Source of the DNA: Octopus bimaculoides
Lineage: Eukaryota
Assembly (NCBI RefSeq): GCF_001194135.2
Contig: NC_068988.1
Span: 16,795,094-16,859,093, forward strand
Direction: 5' to 3'
DNA: 64,000 nucleotides
The notes under the pieces were generated by a model. It had not been told where the DNA came from and did no database searches. It saw nothing but the letters and a program-made list of their open reading frames with translations. Positions 25,873 to 38,226 of the stretch are shown here, piece by piece. The translations under genes and the position numbers were made by a program. Each line of letters opens with the position of its first letter. Position 1 is the first letter of the stretch.

Positions 25873-26099
25873 AGAGAGAGAGAGAGAGAGAGAGATAGAT
25901 AGATAGATAGATATATGAACGTATATTTACACGTTAGCATATGAAAAGACTATGCTGCAAAATATGTATGTCATCTAGCCAAATCTATACACCCATTTCA
26001 ATTCAATAATGACTGGTGCCATAGCCATGTATCTTATGTTGTTCAATAATTTTGTATGTCTATGGTCTAGCACAGTTTCTGAAAGTAACATCATTTCAC

Positions 26100-26260
26100 G
26101 GATCTTCCAAACACCGTGCTATTTCATACACCTGTAATATTATTGGAACTCTGAAATAATATACTTGTGTACAGCTCTTGTCAAAGTCTGTCAGTAAAAC
26201 TGTATTGATAAGGTTTGATATTTTCGTTTCCATGGAGATACACTCCTTACGCCTACCTTT
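26100..26260 (-). pseudogene. Possible CR1-type RT motif A relic
   Basis: LINTVLLTDFDKSCTQVYYFRVPIILQVYEI resembles VxxDFxKAFDxVxHxRLxxKLxxYGI. Confidence 0.3.
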
Positions 26261-26460
26261 GTGTATCTGCTTTTTTTTTCTTCTTTGTCCGCATAACAAA
26301 GATCTTTTTCATACCCAAATGCCTACATCAGCGGCAAGTAGTCAAGACGAAGGAAATGGATTCTGAGCTTGACCACTATCTTCTGACTATCTACCCCTCG
26401 CTTAATTTAACATTCTTCACCAGACTCTTTATTTAATTATCTATTTATTTCTATCTATCA

Positions 26461-26509
<49 letters not shown>

Positions 26510-26511
<2 letters not shown>

Positions 26512-26700
26512 TCGAAACGCTTAGTTTTGGAATGGTGGCAGCTGATGAAGGAAATGTTCTCTATGTGGCCTGTGTACTTTCTGTACTCTGTTTATGTTCT
26601 GTTTTTCATTTTGTGCACGTTTTTTTGTAACGTCCTGTACTCAGATATGCATCTATATATACATGTAGATATAAGGTATGTACATACATGTACGTATATA
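26510..26700 (+). repeat. Dispersed repeat 'family E' (second copy at 53755-53910, minus strand)
   Basis: Both copies share ttcgaaacgc...agctgatgaag.a.atgttctctatgtggc...gtcctgtac(t/c)cagatatgca(t/c)ctata(t/c)atac. Confidence 0.75.
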
Positions 26701-28187
26701 TGTATATACTCACATATTATTTNNNNNNNNNNNNNNNNNNNNNNNNNNNNNNNNNNNNNNNNNNNNNNNNNNNNNNNNNNNNNNNNNNNNNNNNNNNNNA
26801 TATATAAGCAAGAAGCTAAGAATGAAAAATGCATAGGGACTAGTTGAATTAGTAACTAAAGCATTGAACAGTAAAAAAAAAGGGGCTTTTTGTACCGACA
26901 TGTAATTTATGTACGTTCAGAATTAAAAATATGTTTACGCATCGCCAGGTAGTGGTGGTCGAGGTGTTATTTCTCCTACCAACGAACATTATAATCATAT
27001 ACACCAGGAGGTATAATTTTAGCAGTAAGGTGTTTTGACACGCTAAGCAAGACAATAAATCAAATTCTCAAGAACAACCGATATAACACATGCAAAAATA
27101 TAGACTAGACAACGCTCTACAAGATATTGACTAGTACGTTAGTATGATGGTTAGAGCGTTGTTCATCATAGACCTGTTTCATTAGACCTTCGGGTTAAGC
27201 TCAGCATCATCAATAACACAAAAAAATTCTTTGTGCCTGAAATACTTTTAAAAATGTTTTCTTCATTAGCAACTATTCAGATCGATATTTTTCAAGCAAT
27301 GCACCAACATCAATGCAACCAATAGTGCTACTTGGCTATGTGAATCATGAAGAATATTCCACGTTCAGTTTACTTTAAATAGTTCTCTATCAAAATCAAG
27401 GGATTGACAGGACCTTTAGAACTCCAGACGAAAAGCTATGCGGTATTTAGTACTATGCATTTACGGTATTTAAGTAGATTCCGTCGTCTGTACGCCTCTC
27501 GCAAAATGCGTGGCCTTGTGTACGGCAAAAGATCGATATTGCGATAAAAAGAGATACTTTCAATATAATTAATAATCATTAAAATATTCATCATGCACCA
27601 TTTTCGTTTTTAATTATTTCATTTATTTATATTATGGTAATTAATTAGCGGTTTATTATAGCTGGCTAAAAAGTCAGAAGTAATGTTAATCTAGACAAAT
27701 AATTTCCGATCACGGAATTTTATTAATCAGGAGTTGTGGTGTGAATGATATATAGGATGAATTTTAAAGTAATTGACATTGAATTCGTGCTGCCGATGCA
27801 AGTACTTTCTCGGTTCTCGGACATCATTTTGTTTTTACGAAATATAAGTTAGAACGATTGAAAAACATATGATAAATGGGTTAAAAAATAATACAAAGGA
27901 AATGAGAGAACAAAACGAAAATAGAGGAATTTGATAATGAATACGGTGGTGATTAACAGGATGTTATGACGGAAACGAAGATGACCACAAAATCAATGAA
28001 AACTATGATGATGGTCATGATAATATCCTTCACAAAGAAAATGATCAATATTGACAATAGTGCGGCCGCATGAGTGGTTGAAGAGAAGCAAGATGGAAAA
28101 AAAAAAAGAAGTAAATTACAGAAAGTGGAGGAAGTTAAAGGTTTCTAACGCCAAGCAGTCTATTCTCTGAAAATGCATATGGAAAAT

Positions 28188-28590
28188 AGTTTTCAAATTA
28201 TGGCACTAGGCCAGTGATTTCGGGCGTCGGGATAAGTCGATTACATTAACCCCTGTGCTCAAATGGTACTTATTTTATCACTTCGAAACAATGAATTCGA
28301 TCGCGCTGCTGAGCATTTTGCTTAGCAATCTAACGATTTTGCCTGCTCACCGCCTTATGCACAAGGATTATTTATTTCTAATTTTGGCAAAAGGGGCAGA
28401 AAGTTAGGAAGAGGGTGTCAGTCGATTACATAGATCCAAGTGTTCAACTGATACTTATTTTATCGACCTCGAAAGAATGAAAGGAGAATCCGACCTCGGC
28501 GGACTTTGAACTAAGAACATGACGAGAGACGAAATGTCGCCAAATTTTTAACCCGGTGTGCTAACGATTCCGCCAGCTCGCCGCCTTATG
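28188..28590 (-). mobile_element. Tandem pair of SINE family A copies
   Basis: tttcaaattatggcactaggcc...gctcaccgcctta then tctaattttggcaaaagg...gctcgccgcctta. Confidence 0.85.
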
Positions 28591-28809
28591 TCCGTGTAAT
28601 ATTAGAAATAAGTCAATATAGAAAATAATATTTCATCTTATAGAATATACGTACAGTTTTAGCGACACAAAAGCGAATTTTCTCGCTTGCAATAGTACAG
28701 TAGAATGTTATCTAAAATGCTAAACTGTATGAACAGTAAAACATTACAGGATATTCCATTCTATATAATAATTTGCTTGTTCGTTCATCCGTTATACGTT
28801 TAGTTAGTT

Positions 28810-29230
28810 AAAAAGGTGGAGTTGGAGTGAGTGAGAAGTGGAGCAAAAGTGTGTGTGTGTGTAAGAGGGAGAGGGAGAAATGTGAGTAGAGAAGAAGTGA
28901 GGAAAGAAGTAGAGAAATATGTATAACAAGGTGACGTGCACGTGTGTATATGGAGCAAGAGAAAAAGATGCTAATGGAAAAGAGTGAGAGAGAAAAGAAG
29001 GGAGAGAGAAGTGTTAAAGACGTGCTGTAGTGTGGTGATGGAAAGGTAAAGGGTACAATATTTAGCAGAGGATGATGTTCTGGATGGTGAGGTTAAAGAG
29101 AGGCAGAGAAAGAGAGATGGATAGGGGAGTTAGTTACATTGAGAGAGAGACATAGGGAGAGAGGGGGATAGCGTTTGTATTGTCAGACGAGATACATCGA
29201 CAGCAAGAAAAAGTAGATATAAACGAACAG
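28810..29230 (-). repeat. Purine-rich low-complexity block, probably an old family D copy
   Basis: gacgtgctgtagtgtggtgatgg and gtgacgtgcacgtgtgt resemble the reverse complement of motifs at 32195-32260. Confidence 0.35.
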
Positions 29231-29944
29231 CTGGACTAAAAACTATAATGATGAAGATGATGATGGTGGTGGTGGTGGTGGTGGTGGTGCTTTTAGTAAT
29301 GATTTTTCTTTTATATTGAACCGTATCTACAATATTCTTCTGCTTGTTCTTTCACACTTTACGTTTTAGTTTGTTAGAGAGGAGGGTGAGGGTGAGTGAG
29401 AGAAAGATGTTGGAATGTGAGAGTGAGTTAGCGAGCAGATAGCCAGCTTTTGAATTATGCTGTCACTCATGTGGTTGGTGGAAGTGAGAGGTAAAGAAAG
29501 AGAAATATAAACTGGTTAGCGGAGGGAAATTTGAAAATGAATTAATACGTTATAGTGACCGGAGGTGAAATGCTTTATGGAAATAAAAATAAAAATGCAA
29601 ACCATCCTTTCTTTCTTAAATAGATTCTTTTAATCATTTTCGTTTTGTTGAATTTCCACGTGTCTCGCTAATTAAATTTAATCCTTATAGTGCGGAAATC
29701 ATATATAAGAGCTCAAAATTTCATTACATCTAACTATGAAAAACAGTTTTTATATATAGCAATTTATGCTTTGCTGAAGAATGTCATATTTGAAACTATT
29801 TTTTTTTTTTAGATATATCAGATGTTTGAAGATATGTAACATCGTTACAGAAATATTCATGCAATACAGTTTTACAGCCTAAGTTTTACACGTCTTTTTT
29901 TTTTTTACATTATAATTACTGTTTCAATATTTCTATGTAGATAA

Positions 29945-30335
29945 AATCCACCGAGGTCGAATATGCCTATCATCTTTCGGAGTCGATTAAATATGTACCA
30001 GTTACCCACTGGATTTGATGTAATCGACTTCATCCCCTTGTCTGTCCTTGTTTGTCCCCTACTATGTTTGGCCCCATGTGGGCAATAAAGAAATAAATAC
30101 TTCTATTTAAATTCCCATGTTATCAATGTAATGAGCTACATAATTGTCAGTTCCTCGAAATATATAATTTGTTTAATTTGTTGCAGATCTTTCGGTTAGT
30201 GTTCAAATCTCACCGAGGTTAGCTTTGCTTTATATGCTTCCGTGGTCGAAAAAAATTAAAATGCCAATTAACTACTGTGACGATGTTATCGACTGTCCTC
30301 TCCAATTTGGTGTCCTTGTACCTACAATTAGAAGC
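29945..30335 (+). mobile_element. Two SINE family A fragments (29945-30097 with tail i; 30190-30335)
   Basis: caccgaggtcga...ttgtctgtccttgtttgtcccc...gtgggcaataaagaaata, then gttcaaatctcaccgaggttagctttgc. Confidence 0.8.
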
Positions 30336-31168
30336 CATTCGGATTTCGGTCTATAACATGAACATTATCATAAAGGGAAATTAGTTGTGAGAGATAATTC
30401 CTTCTTTAGTTCTTTGTTAGCTTGAACTATTTTTATCATGGATGTATTTTTCATTTTCTTATTTTTTTATTTCTAATTTTCTCATTCATTTTGATCTATA
30501 TTAATTTCTGGTATGGACACTAAACAGTAGCGCTGGAAGTGGTCACATGCTAACATGGAAGAGGTCTCATGCTAATATGGAAGAGGTCTCACGACAGGAA
30601 AACTACAAATGTCACAAAACAAATTATCAGTATTAGTAGCAGTAGTGATAATGATAGCAACAACAATGACGACGACAAAAGCAAACAATAATAATAATAA
30701 TGAAATAACAATGAAGAAAGAAAAGAGCATATTGATCATTCCATAATATTTGCATTCAAAAAGTTCCTAACAAAAAAAAAAATCATTACAGTAATCAATA
30801 TACAAAGTTGCCCCTAATGTGCTGTAGAAGAGATGACCTCCCCAACTATAAAACTGGAATTATTATAGCAGTCATAAAATCATGAAAACCTACACATGTT
30901 TGCAAACATACCAGAGTAATAATTTACAGTCGCATGTACATACATACAATTATACATACATACTTACACACCCACCCACCCACACAACACACAGACATAT
31001 ATGTGTGTGTATATATACATATATATATCTATATATATATATATATACACACGCACACATTCACACACACACACACATGACATTCCGCAACAAATTGGTA
31101 TATAAAGGAAACGCACATTATTTGAAACTGATCTATCTATCTATATGTATATAGATATGCTTATGCAA

Positions 31169-31207
<39 letters not shown>

Positions 31208-31257
31208 GGTATCTACGTATATGTATGGATATACGCATATCTTTATATATTAGGTAT

Positions 31258-31316
<59 letters not shown>

Positions 31317-31463
31317 TACACGTATATATATGCATATATATATATATATATATTTGTGTGTGTGTTTCTGTGTGAGTAAGAGTTTGAGAAACCAGCTATG
31401 GGATAGTATCTATCCAATATATTGCTAGTAGTGTACCCAATTATTCATACCTAAGTGCTAGCT

Positions 31464-31575
31464 ATTGAGCAAATGAGCAAATGAGAAGATTGTCACTAAA
31501 ACTGAATGGGTATGCGAGTGCTAGCTCGGTTTTAGTGATAATCTGCTCATTTACCCATTTGCTCATTTGCTCAAT
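31464..31575. other. About 110-bp imperfect palindrome/hairpin with GCAAATGA subrepeats
   Basis: attgagcaaatgagcaaatgagaagattgtcactaaaactga pairs with tcggttttagtgataatctgctcatt(tacccatt)tgctcatttgctcaat around a 20-nt loop. Confidence 0.85.
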
Positions 31576-31811
31576 TACTGACTTGTTTCTATATGATTAT
31601 ACGCTTCCACACCCTTGTTTATGAAATTATCAACTTTTCTACTTAATAATCTGATTCATTCAATACATTTGAATAAATAGACGGCTGCCGTCCTCTCCGT
31701 GAACAGGGATTAATCTTCTCTCTCCGCTGTTTTGCGCACATTGACTCAACTCTCCTCTCCTCTTCATCTAACCCTCCTCCCCTCTCTTCTCTTCCTCTCA
31801 CACACATTTGT

Positions 31812-32723
31812 GTATCTGTATGTGATGCCATAGTATGTGTAGGTGTCTATATATATGATTATTCTTTGATGGGTGACGTATTCTAATGTACTCTCTTGCT
31901 CCGACTCCTACGTCTTCTCTTCTCTCTTCTATTCACTCGTACCCAGCTTACCCCTTCCCCTCTCTCTTCACCGTCACCCCTCCCTCGTAACACCACCCCT
32001 ACACAATCCAACCCCACCTTCCCTATCCACACCATCCACCCCACTCCACCCCAAATTTACACACACTAACACATGCCTCCATCCCTACACACCCTCAGCC
32101 TAACCCACACCCAACCTTTGCCTTTCCCACTCTCACTCCCTCACATCCCAACACAACCACACACCACTGCACCACAAACTACCAAACCACACAACAGCAC
32201 GTCACATCACACCACCACGCACACATGAAGGGCACCAGCCCTCTTCCACACGCACGTTCACCTTCGTTTTGGGATCACCACTACTTTATTATCGCCCCTC
32301 CTTCCTGGCTATCCTGNNNNNNNNNNNNNNNNNNNNNNNNNNNNNNNNNNNNNNNNNNNNNNNNNNNNNNNNNNNNNNNNNNNNNNNNNNNNNNNNNNNN
32401 NNNNNNNNNNNNNNNNNNNNNNNNNNNNNNNNNNNNNNNNNNNNATATATATATATATATAGTATTGAGTGTTTGGAAGTTTCGGTCAGCTAACACATTA
32501 TCACTGGACGACTCTTCGAAGTCTATCAAATTTATGAAGTAATCCTTCAGTTTAATGCAAAATTATTTCCTATTATGCCGTAAAACCAACCAAACACACA
32601 CACCCACACACATATTTTATATACATTTTTGACTGCGCATATGTATATCTGTATGTGATGCGCGTAGCATATGTAGGTGTCTATATATGATAATTCTTTG
32701 ATGGATGACGTATTCTGATGTAC
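31812..32723 (+). repeat. About 80-bp imperfect direct repeats (31812-31891 and 32646-32723)
   Basis: tatctgtatgtgatgc...taggtgtctatatat(at)gat.attctttgatgg.tgacgtattct.atgtac occurs at both positions. Confidence 0.9.
31892..32316 (+). repeat. CA-rich dispersed repeat 'family D' (runs into a gap)
   Basis: cgcacgttcaccttcgttttgggatcaccactactttattatcgcccctccttcctggctatcctg is nearly identical to 55040-55105. Confidence 0.8.
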
Positions 32724-33140
32724 CATTCTTCATTTATCACATTTTACCCTTTGAGCACCGCTATTGATTTGTCTTTGAATTTTGTAAGTACGAAGTCTTC
32801 AAATTGGTTTCTCGTATTGTATTTGTGTTTCGTATCGGAAACTAATTTAATTTACGTCTCTGGAACGTTTTGCCTCGAAGAATTATTAGTTTTTTTTTTT
32901 AAATACATATATAACTTTTATTGTCATTTCTTATAATGTAGATAATATAAATTATTTTTAAAGCAAATAATATAATGCAGCTTTGGTCTAACATGTAGAC
33001 TTTCATTAGCACATTTTCTATATTTCTTCTTTACATAATTTGAACAAATTTTCTGCACATTGATTATTTGGTTCCGGGGTATATCACTATTTCTTTCTAC
33101 AAAGATATTTTGAAATTTTATGTATACATGCATAAATAAA

Positions 33141-33387
33141 TGCACACAGCATAAAGAAGATATCTCTACACCACTGATAAGGAGTTTGCAAACCCTGTAC
33201 CCAAGATACACTTTGAGCTTCATACATACTTTTAGAGCAACAGGATACATACCAAGCCGTCTGGAAAAGATCACTGCTGAACTTTAGATTTTGGGGAAAA
33301 TATGCAAATCCTTCATTCTTATACTACAAATGATCATAATATCCGGGACTAATAAACATCAGCAAGAACTTCTTGAGATTTAAATGA
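33141..33387 (+). pseudogene. C-terminal fragment of an RLE (restriction-like endonuclease)-type non-LTR retrotransposon (R4/NeSL/CRE-like)
   Basis: HKEDISTPLIRSLQTLYPRYTLSFIHTFRATGYIPSRLEKITAEL then ISGT-NISKNFLRFK*. This matches the end of RLE domains (KxxxYxxLxxxL..YP.Y....I.GA.G.IP..L...L..LG....GT..I.K.FL). Confidence 0.6.
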
Positions 33388-33525
33388 TGATGATTAAAAG
33401 AAGATACTTGCCTTCACAACATTGCTACCGAGACGATGACCGGTTAAACTTTACACTTAAATTGAAAAGAGAAATAGAAGAACATACATATGTACATACA
33501 TATAAAATATTAAAGAAAATGCAAA

Positions 33526-33566
33526 CGGCTATGCTGAACAGCTATGCTGAACAGCTATGCTAAACA
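33526..33566. repeat. 13-bp tandem repeat x3 (gctatgctgaaca)
   Basis: ggctatgctgaacagctatgctgaacagctatgctaaacag. Confidence 0.9.
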
Positions 33567-33837
33567 GTTGAGAAGCCGCAGTTAATCCAGTCGGAGTGTA
33601 ATTTTAGATTTTGACAAATAATATTTTATATATTTGGCTCTGTGACTAATTAACTCAAATATGGGCCTGAGTATCTGAGGTGAAAAACCTAATCAAGAGC
33701 CTGCATCTGTAAATGGAGTGTAAACTAAGCAAAATATACTTTGCATATGATAAGATTCATATATACATTCATGTCTTTGCTTATGTATACATGCATATGA
33801 ACATACTAACAAATCTGAATGCATCCATATAAACTGC

Positions 33838-33879
<42 letters not shown>

Positions 33880-34002
33880 CAAAAATACCCGTCGTGATGC
33901 TGTTTAACTTCTATAGTGTCTTATTTGTACGTTAGAAACCAGCTTTTTTGTATCGAGAAGAAATTGGAAAAAACAATCACAAACAACTTAAGATTTGTAC
34001 AT

Positions 34003-34003
34003 G

Positions 34004-34052
<49 letters not shown>

Positions 34053-34138
34053 GTCTGTTTGTCTTTCTGCCTGCCTCCCTGCTTGTCTGTCTGTCTGTCT
34101 CTCGGCCTGGCTCGCTACATGCATGTCCACATATATAA

Positions 34139-34174
<36 letters not shown>

Positions 34175-34265
34175 TTGTGTGTGTGATTGTGTGTCTGTGT
34201 GTGCGTATATGTGCGCGCGCGCGTATGTATATGTACATGCTGTATGTATTTGTGTGTCTGTATAT
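34003..34265. repeat. Compound (TATC)n/(TGTC)n/(TG)n microsatellite; similar blocks at 2308-2870, 9960-10125, 11760-11850, 22640-23080, 25825-25915, 31000-31360, 38060-38260, 58944-59215, 63110-63260, 63700-64000
   Basis: Direct reading. These blocks explain most of the YIYI/HTHT/VCVC ORFs in the track. Confidence 0.95.
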
Positions 34266-35234
34266 GTGTGAAGTTGTAGGAATCAAAACGTTAGCAGAGT
34301 CTGTTTTCCAAGATATTCATTTATCCTATCATAGGTAAGTTTCATTAAACTAAGGAAATTAATCATTATTATTAACCAATAGCAACCTAATTTTACAGAA
34401 ACTTATATAAGATGATTTAACTAAATATTTTATGAATAATCTCTCATGTTTTCTTTCATATTCTATATATAGTCTATGCAGCACTCAAACACTGATTTCA
34501 CAAGCAATGATACTATTACGATGCGCGAACGTAACTTTCGTATGGATTTTTTAATATTGTTTATTTGTTACACAGTTTAGTAACTGAAGTTTTATCAATG
34601 TATAACATAACATAAATCTTTCATGTTTCACTAATTTCTACTTAGTGTAAATTTAGTATAAGTTTATATGATAAACAACCCTCGATTGAAATCAAAAGAA
34701 ACGTTTAAGACGCATGCACACAAACACATATACATACACACTTGAAGAGACCCATGTAAAATTTACAATACCATCACAAGTCAGCAGTACTTGATAACTA
34801 ATTCGTAGGCGTCTTATTATTTCATTTAACTTTAGATGTTTGGAAGAGTTATGTGTATAACTATTGTCCTACTTAGCGTCCAGGAATCAGTTGAAGATCG
34901 TATTTACGTATGGTGAGATGAACAGAAATTGATTCAAAGCAAAATTGCTTAAAATATATAGTCAAAAGCAATTAAATGTGAAATAATTACATTGATTAAC
35001 CAGGTAATGTTCAATTAAGCCAGGGAATGTAACCAGTGCCGTAACATAATTGTGATGATTACTCTTTCTTCTAATTGAATATCATAAGAAGTTTATAACT
35101 TAGTTCTATTTGATATTTCTACTTACTGTGTCTTTGAAGAACAAAAGAGGATCTAAAGATATTTCGGGAAGCTAAATTAAACAGTTTGTTAATCTTTCAA
35201 TTCGGTACTCATATAGAATACGTTGATGACTTGG

Positions 35235-35422
35235 GTATGCGTGTGGCGGGGGGCCAGTCGATTAGATAGACTCCAGTACACAACTGGTAATTAATTTATC
35301 TACCCAGAAAGGATATGAAAGGCGAAGTCGAGCTCGGCGGAATTTGAACTCAGAACGTAAAGACAGACGAAATACTGCTTGGCATTTCGCCCGGCGTGCT
35401 GACGTTTCTGCCATTTCGCCGC
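35235..35422 (-). mobile_element. SINE family A copy
   Basis: ccagtcgattagatagactccagtacacaactggt...ggcggaatttgaactcagaacgtaaagacagacgaaatac...gccatttcgccgcctt. Confidence 0.9.
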
Positions 35423-35964
35423 CTTTTTCCCTTCATATCTCAACATACACATCAACAGCAGACACATACATGCATAAAAATACACAGACAGATATTACTT
35501 GTGCACGAGTTTTATGCTTGAACCTACCACTGCGGCTTCTTGGCTAAAAATGTTCTACTAAGGCAGAGACCAACTGATTTTCACCAAATGAATTTTTGCC
35601 AAATCTCTTCAAAAATTGATTTCCCAGGTAGTTTGGTAAAAAAAATGTGGAAAACACTTCATCTTGAAATATTAATGAAACTTAAATGATATTTAAATGC
35701 CTTTTAAGCGGATTTCTAAGACGACTAAATCGTTTTGGCAATACATTTCTAAGTTTCCTTATGAATATTTTTGTTATTCACTCTCCGCAAGCTAAGGGAC
35801 AGACACATGCAAAAACAGGCATATATTTATACAACCATAAACGCATAGGTAAATGACAAGACGTATTCATACACACGTGCATATATATATTATTGAATAC
35901 GGAAATCTAAAAGATGGTTCACATCCACAAACAATCACGTAAATAACAATCTATTTACACAAAC

Positions 35965-36007
<43 letters not shown>

Positions 36008-36924
36008 NNNNNNNNNNNNNNNNNNNNNNNNNNNNNNNNNNNNNNNNNNNNNNNNNNNNNNNNNNNNNNNNNNNNNNNNNNNNNNNNNNNNNNNNNNNNN
36101 NNNNNNNNNNNNNNNNNNNNNNNNNNNNNNNNNNNNNNNNNNNNNNNNNNNNNNNNNNNNNNNNNNNNNNNNNNNNNNNNNNNNNNNNNNNNNNNNNNNN
36201 NNNNNNNNNNNNNNNNNNNNNNNNNNNNNNNNNNNNNNNNNNNNNNNNNNNNNNNNNNNNNNNNNNNNNNNNNNNNNNNNNNNNNNNNNNNNNNNNNNNN
36301 NNNNNNNNNNNNNNNNNNNNNNTATATATATATATATATATATGTATGTATATATCAGGCAAGTGACATTGAGAGCACTGGCGGATTACCTATATTTTTC
36401 CATAGTTTCATACCCAAATTCTGCTTTTAGCATTTCTTTGATTAAGTGCAGCACGTACATTGAAATTCACAGAATTCTTAAAACATACCAGATAAATTCA
36501 TAGAAATAAAAATCAAAAATGTAAATTATAAAATAGACCAAAATTAATAAATGGAAATAAAAGATCACAAAAGTATAAAATGTATATTAACTAACCTCAA
36601 ATTCGGTCTTTCCCGTAGCGCAAATATGTCTCGCCTTTCATCAAGATAGATTAACACTATAAGATATTAATGTTACCAAAATATAAAGGAAAAAGATTTC
36701 TTATCTCTGTCTGTAAGAGTTATTCTTCAAAGAACGCGTGGCTAACTTATTAGCCCAGAGGGATACCAACTTTGAGTGCCACATTATACAGTTATTACCC
36801 AGATGATATAAAATACTCTGTGTGTGTGTGTGTGTGAGTGTGTGTGTACATTTGTGTATGTACATTAGTATATATGTATGTATTTGTATGTTTGTACATG
36901 TATGTATATAGATTGAGATATATA

Positions 36925-37317
36925 CTCTTTTACTTGTTTCAATCATTTGACTGCGGCCATACTGAAGCACCGCCTTTAGTCGAGCAAATCGACCCCAGGA
37001 CTTATTCTTTCTAAGCCCAGTACTTATTTTATCGGACTCTTTTACCGAACCGCTAGGTTACGGGGACGTAAACATACCACCATCGGTCGTCAAGCGATGT
37101 TGGGGGGACAAACACAGACACACAAACATACATATATATATATATATACATATATACGACAGCCTTCTTTCAGTTTCTGTCTACCAAATCCACTCACAAG
37201 GCTTTGGTCGGCCCGAGGCTATAGTGGAAGACACTTGCCCAAGGTGCCACGCAGTGTGAATGAACCCGGAACCATGTGGTTGGTAAGCAAGCTACTTACC
37301 ACACAGCTACTCCTGCG

Positions 37318-37320
<3 letters not shown>
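36925..37320 (-). mobile_element. Full-length, young-looking SINE family B copy
   Basis: ctcttttacttgtttcaatcatttgactgcggcc...gaacccggaaccatgtggttggtaagcaagctacttaccacacagctactcctgcgcct. Confidence 0.92.
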
Positions 37321-37356
<36 letters not shown>

Positions 37357-37575
37357 ATAAATTAATAAATTATGCTGATGATAGTCCGACCTTTGTAAGA
37401 TATATAATTTTTATCTTACTAAAATTGACTTGAAACCATGGTACAGAATATAGATTGGTAAATGTTTTTATTTTTCGTTCCCTTTCGAAATTATCCCTAA
37501 TTTTGTGGTATGTAGTCTTTTGCTGCTCTTTCTAGTGGGTTAGATGTCCTATTATAGACATCTCTGCATTTTAAA

Positions 37576-37617
<42 letters not shown>

Positions 37618-38063
37618 CTCTTCTCTTCCAGACATATATGTTAAATAAAAGATATCTCCTGCTATCTACCGATGGAGTCTAATTGGACAGGTCATATAGA
37701 TAATCAATACAACCGGCATTACAAGCAACAAGCAGTACCCGGCTAGCTTAGGAATTGTTCATCTCTATTTGCACCCAAAAATGTTTGCATCTAATAATCT
37801 GAAAATAGTTTTGTTCATGACGTTATAAATTAATACGAAATTTTAGGAAATTTTTCTTGATAGTATCAGCGCCACAATACAGTGTGCAAGTTTACTAATT
37901 AATTTGTGCATGGTTATTAGGATGTATTGTGAATACATGCACACGTATGCCATCATAAACCTAATCGGACACACAAATGTACTTACAATTTAAGTTCGTT
38001 TCATATATAAGCGTCTATACAATTGTACAGATGAACATAGATATCGACAGGAGACAAATAATT

Positions 38064-38103
<40 letters not shown>

Positions 38104-38106
38104 GAT

Positions 38107-38147
<41 letters not shown>

Positions 38148-38190
38148 CATACATATATATATATATTTATGCATACTTACGTATACATAT

Positions 38191-38226
<36 letters not shown>

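Noticed and set aside
26009-26320. Signal-peptide-like MTGAIAMYLMLF... (plus) and exon-like AFGYEKDLCYADKEEKKSRYTK (minus)
   Set aside because: The readings conflict and overlap an RT-like relic; neither has supporting homology.
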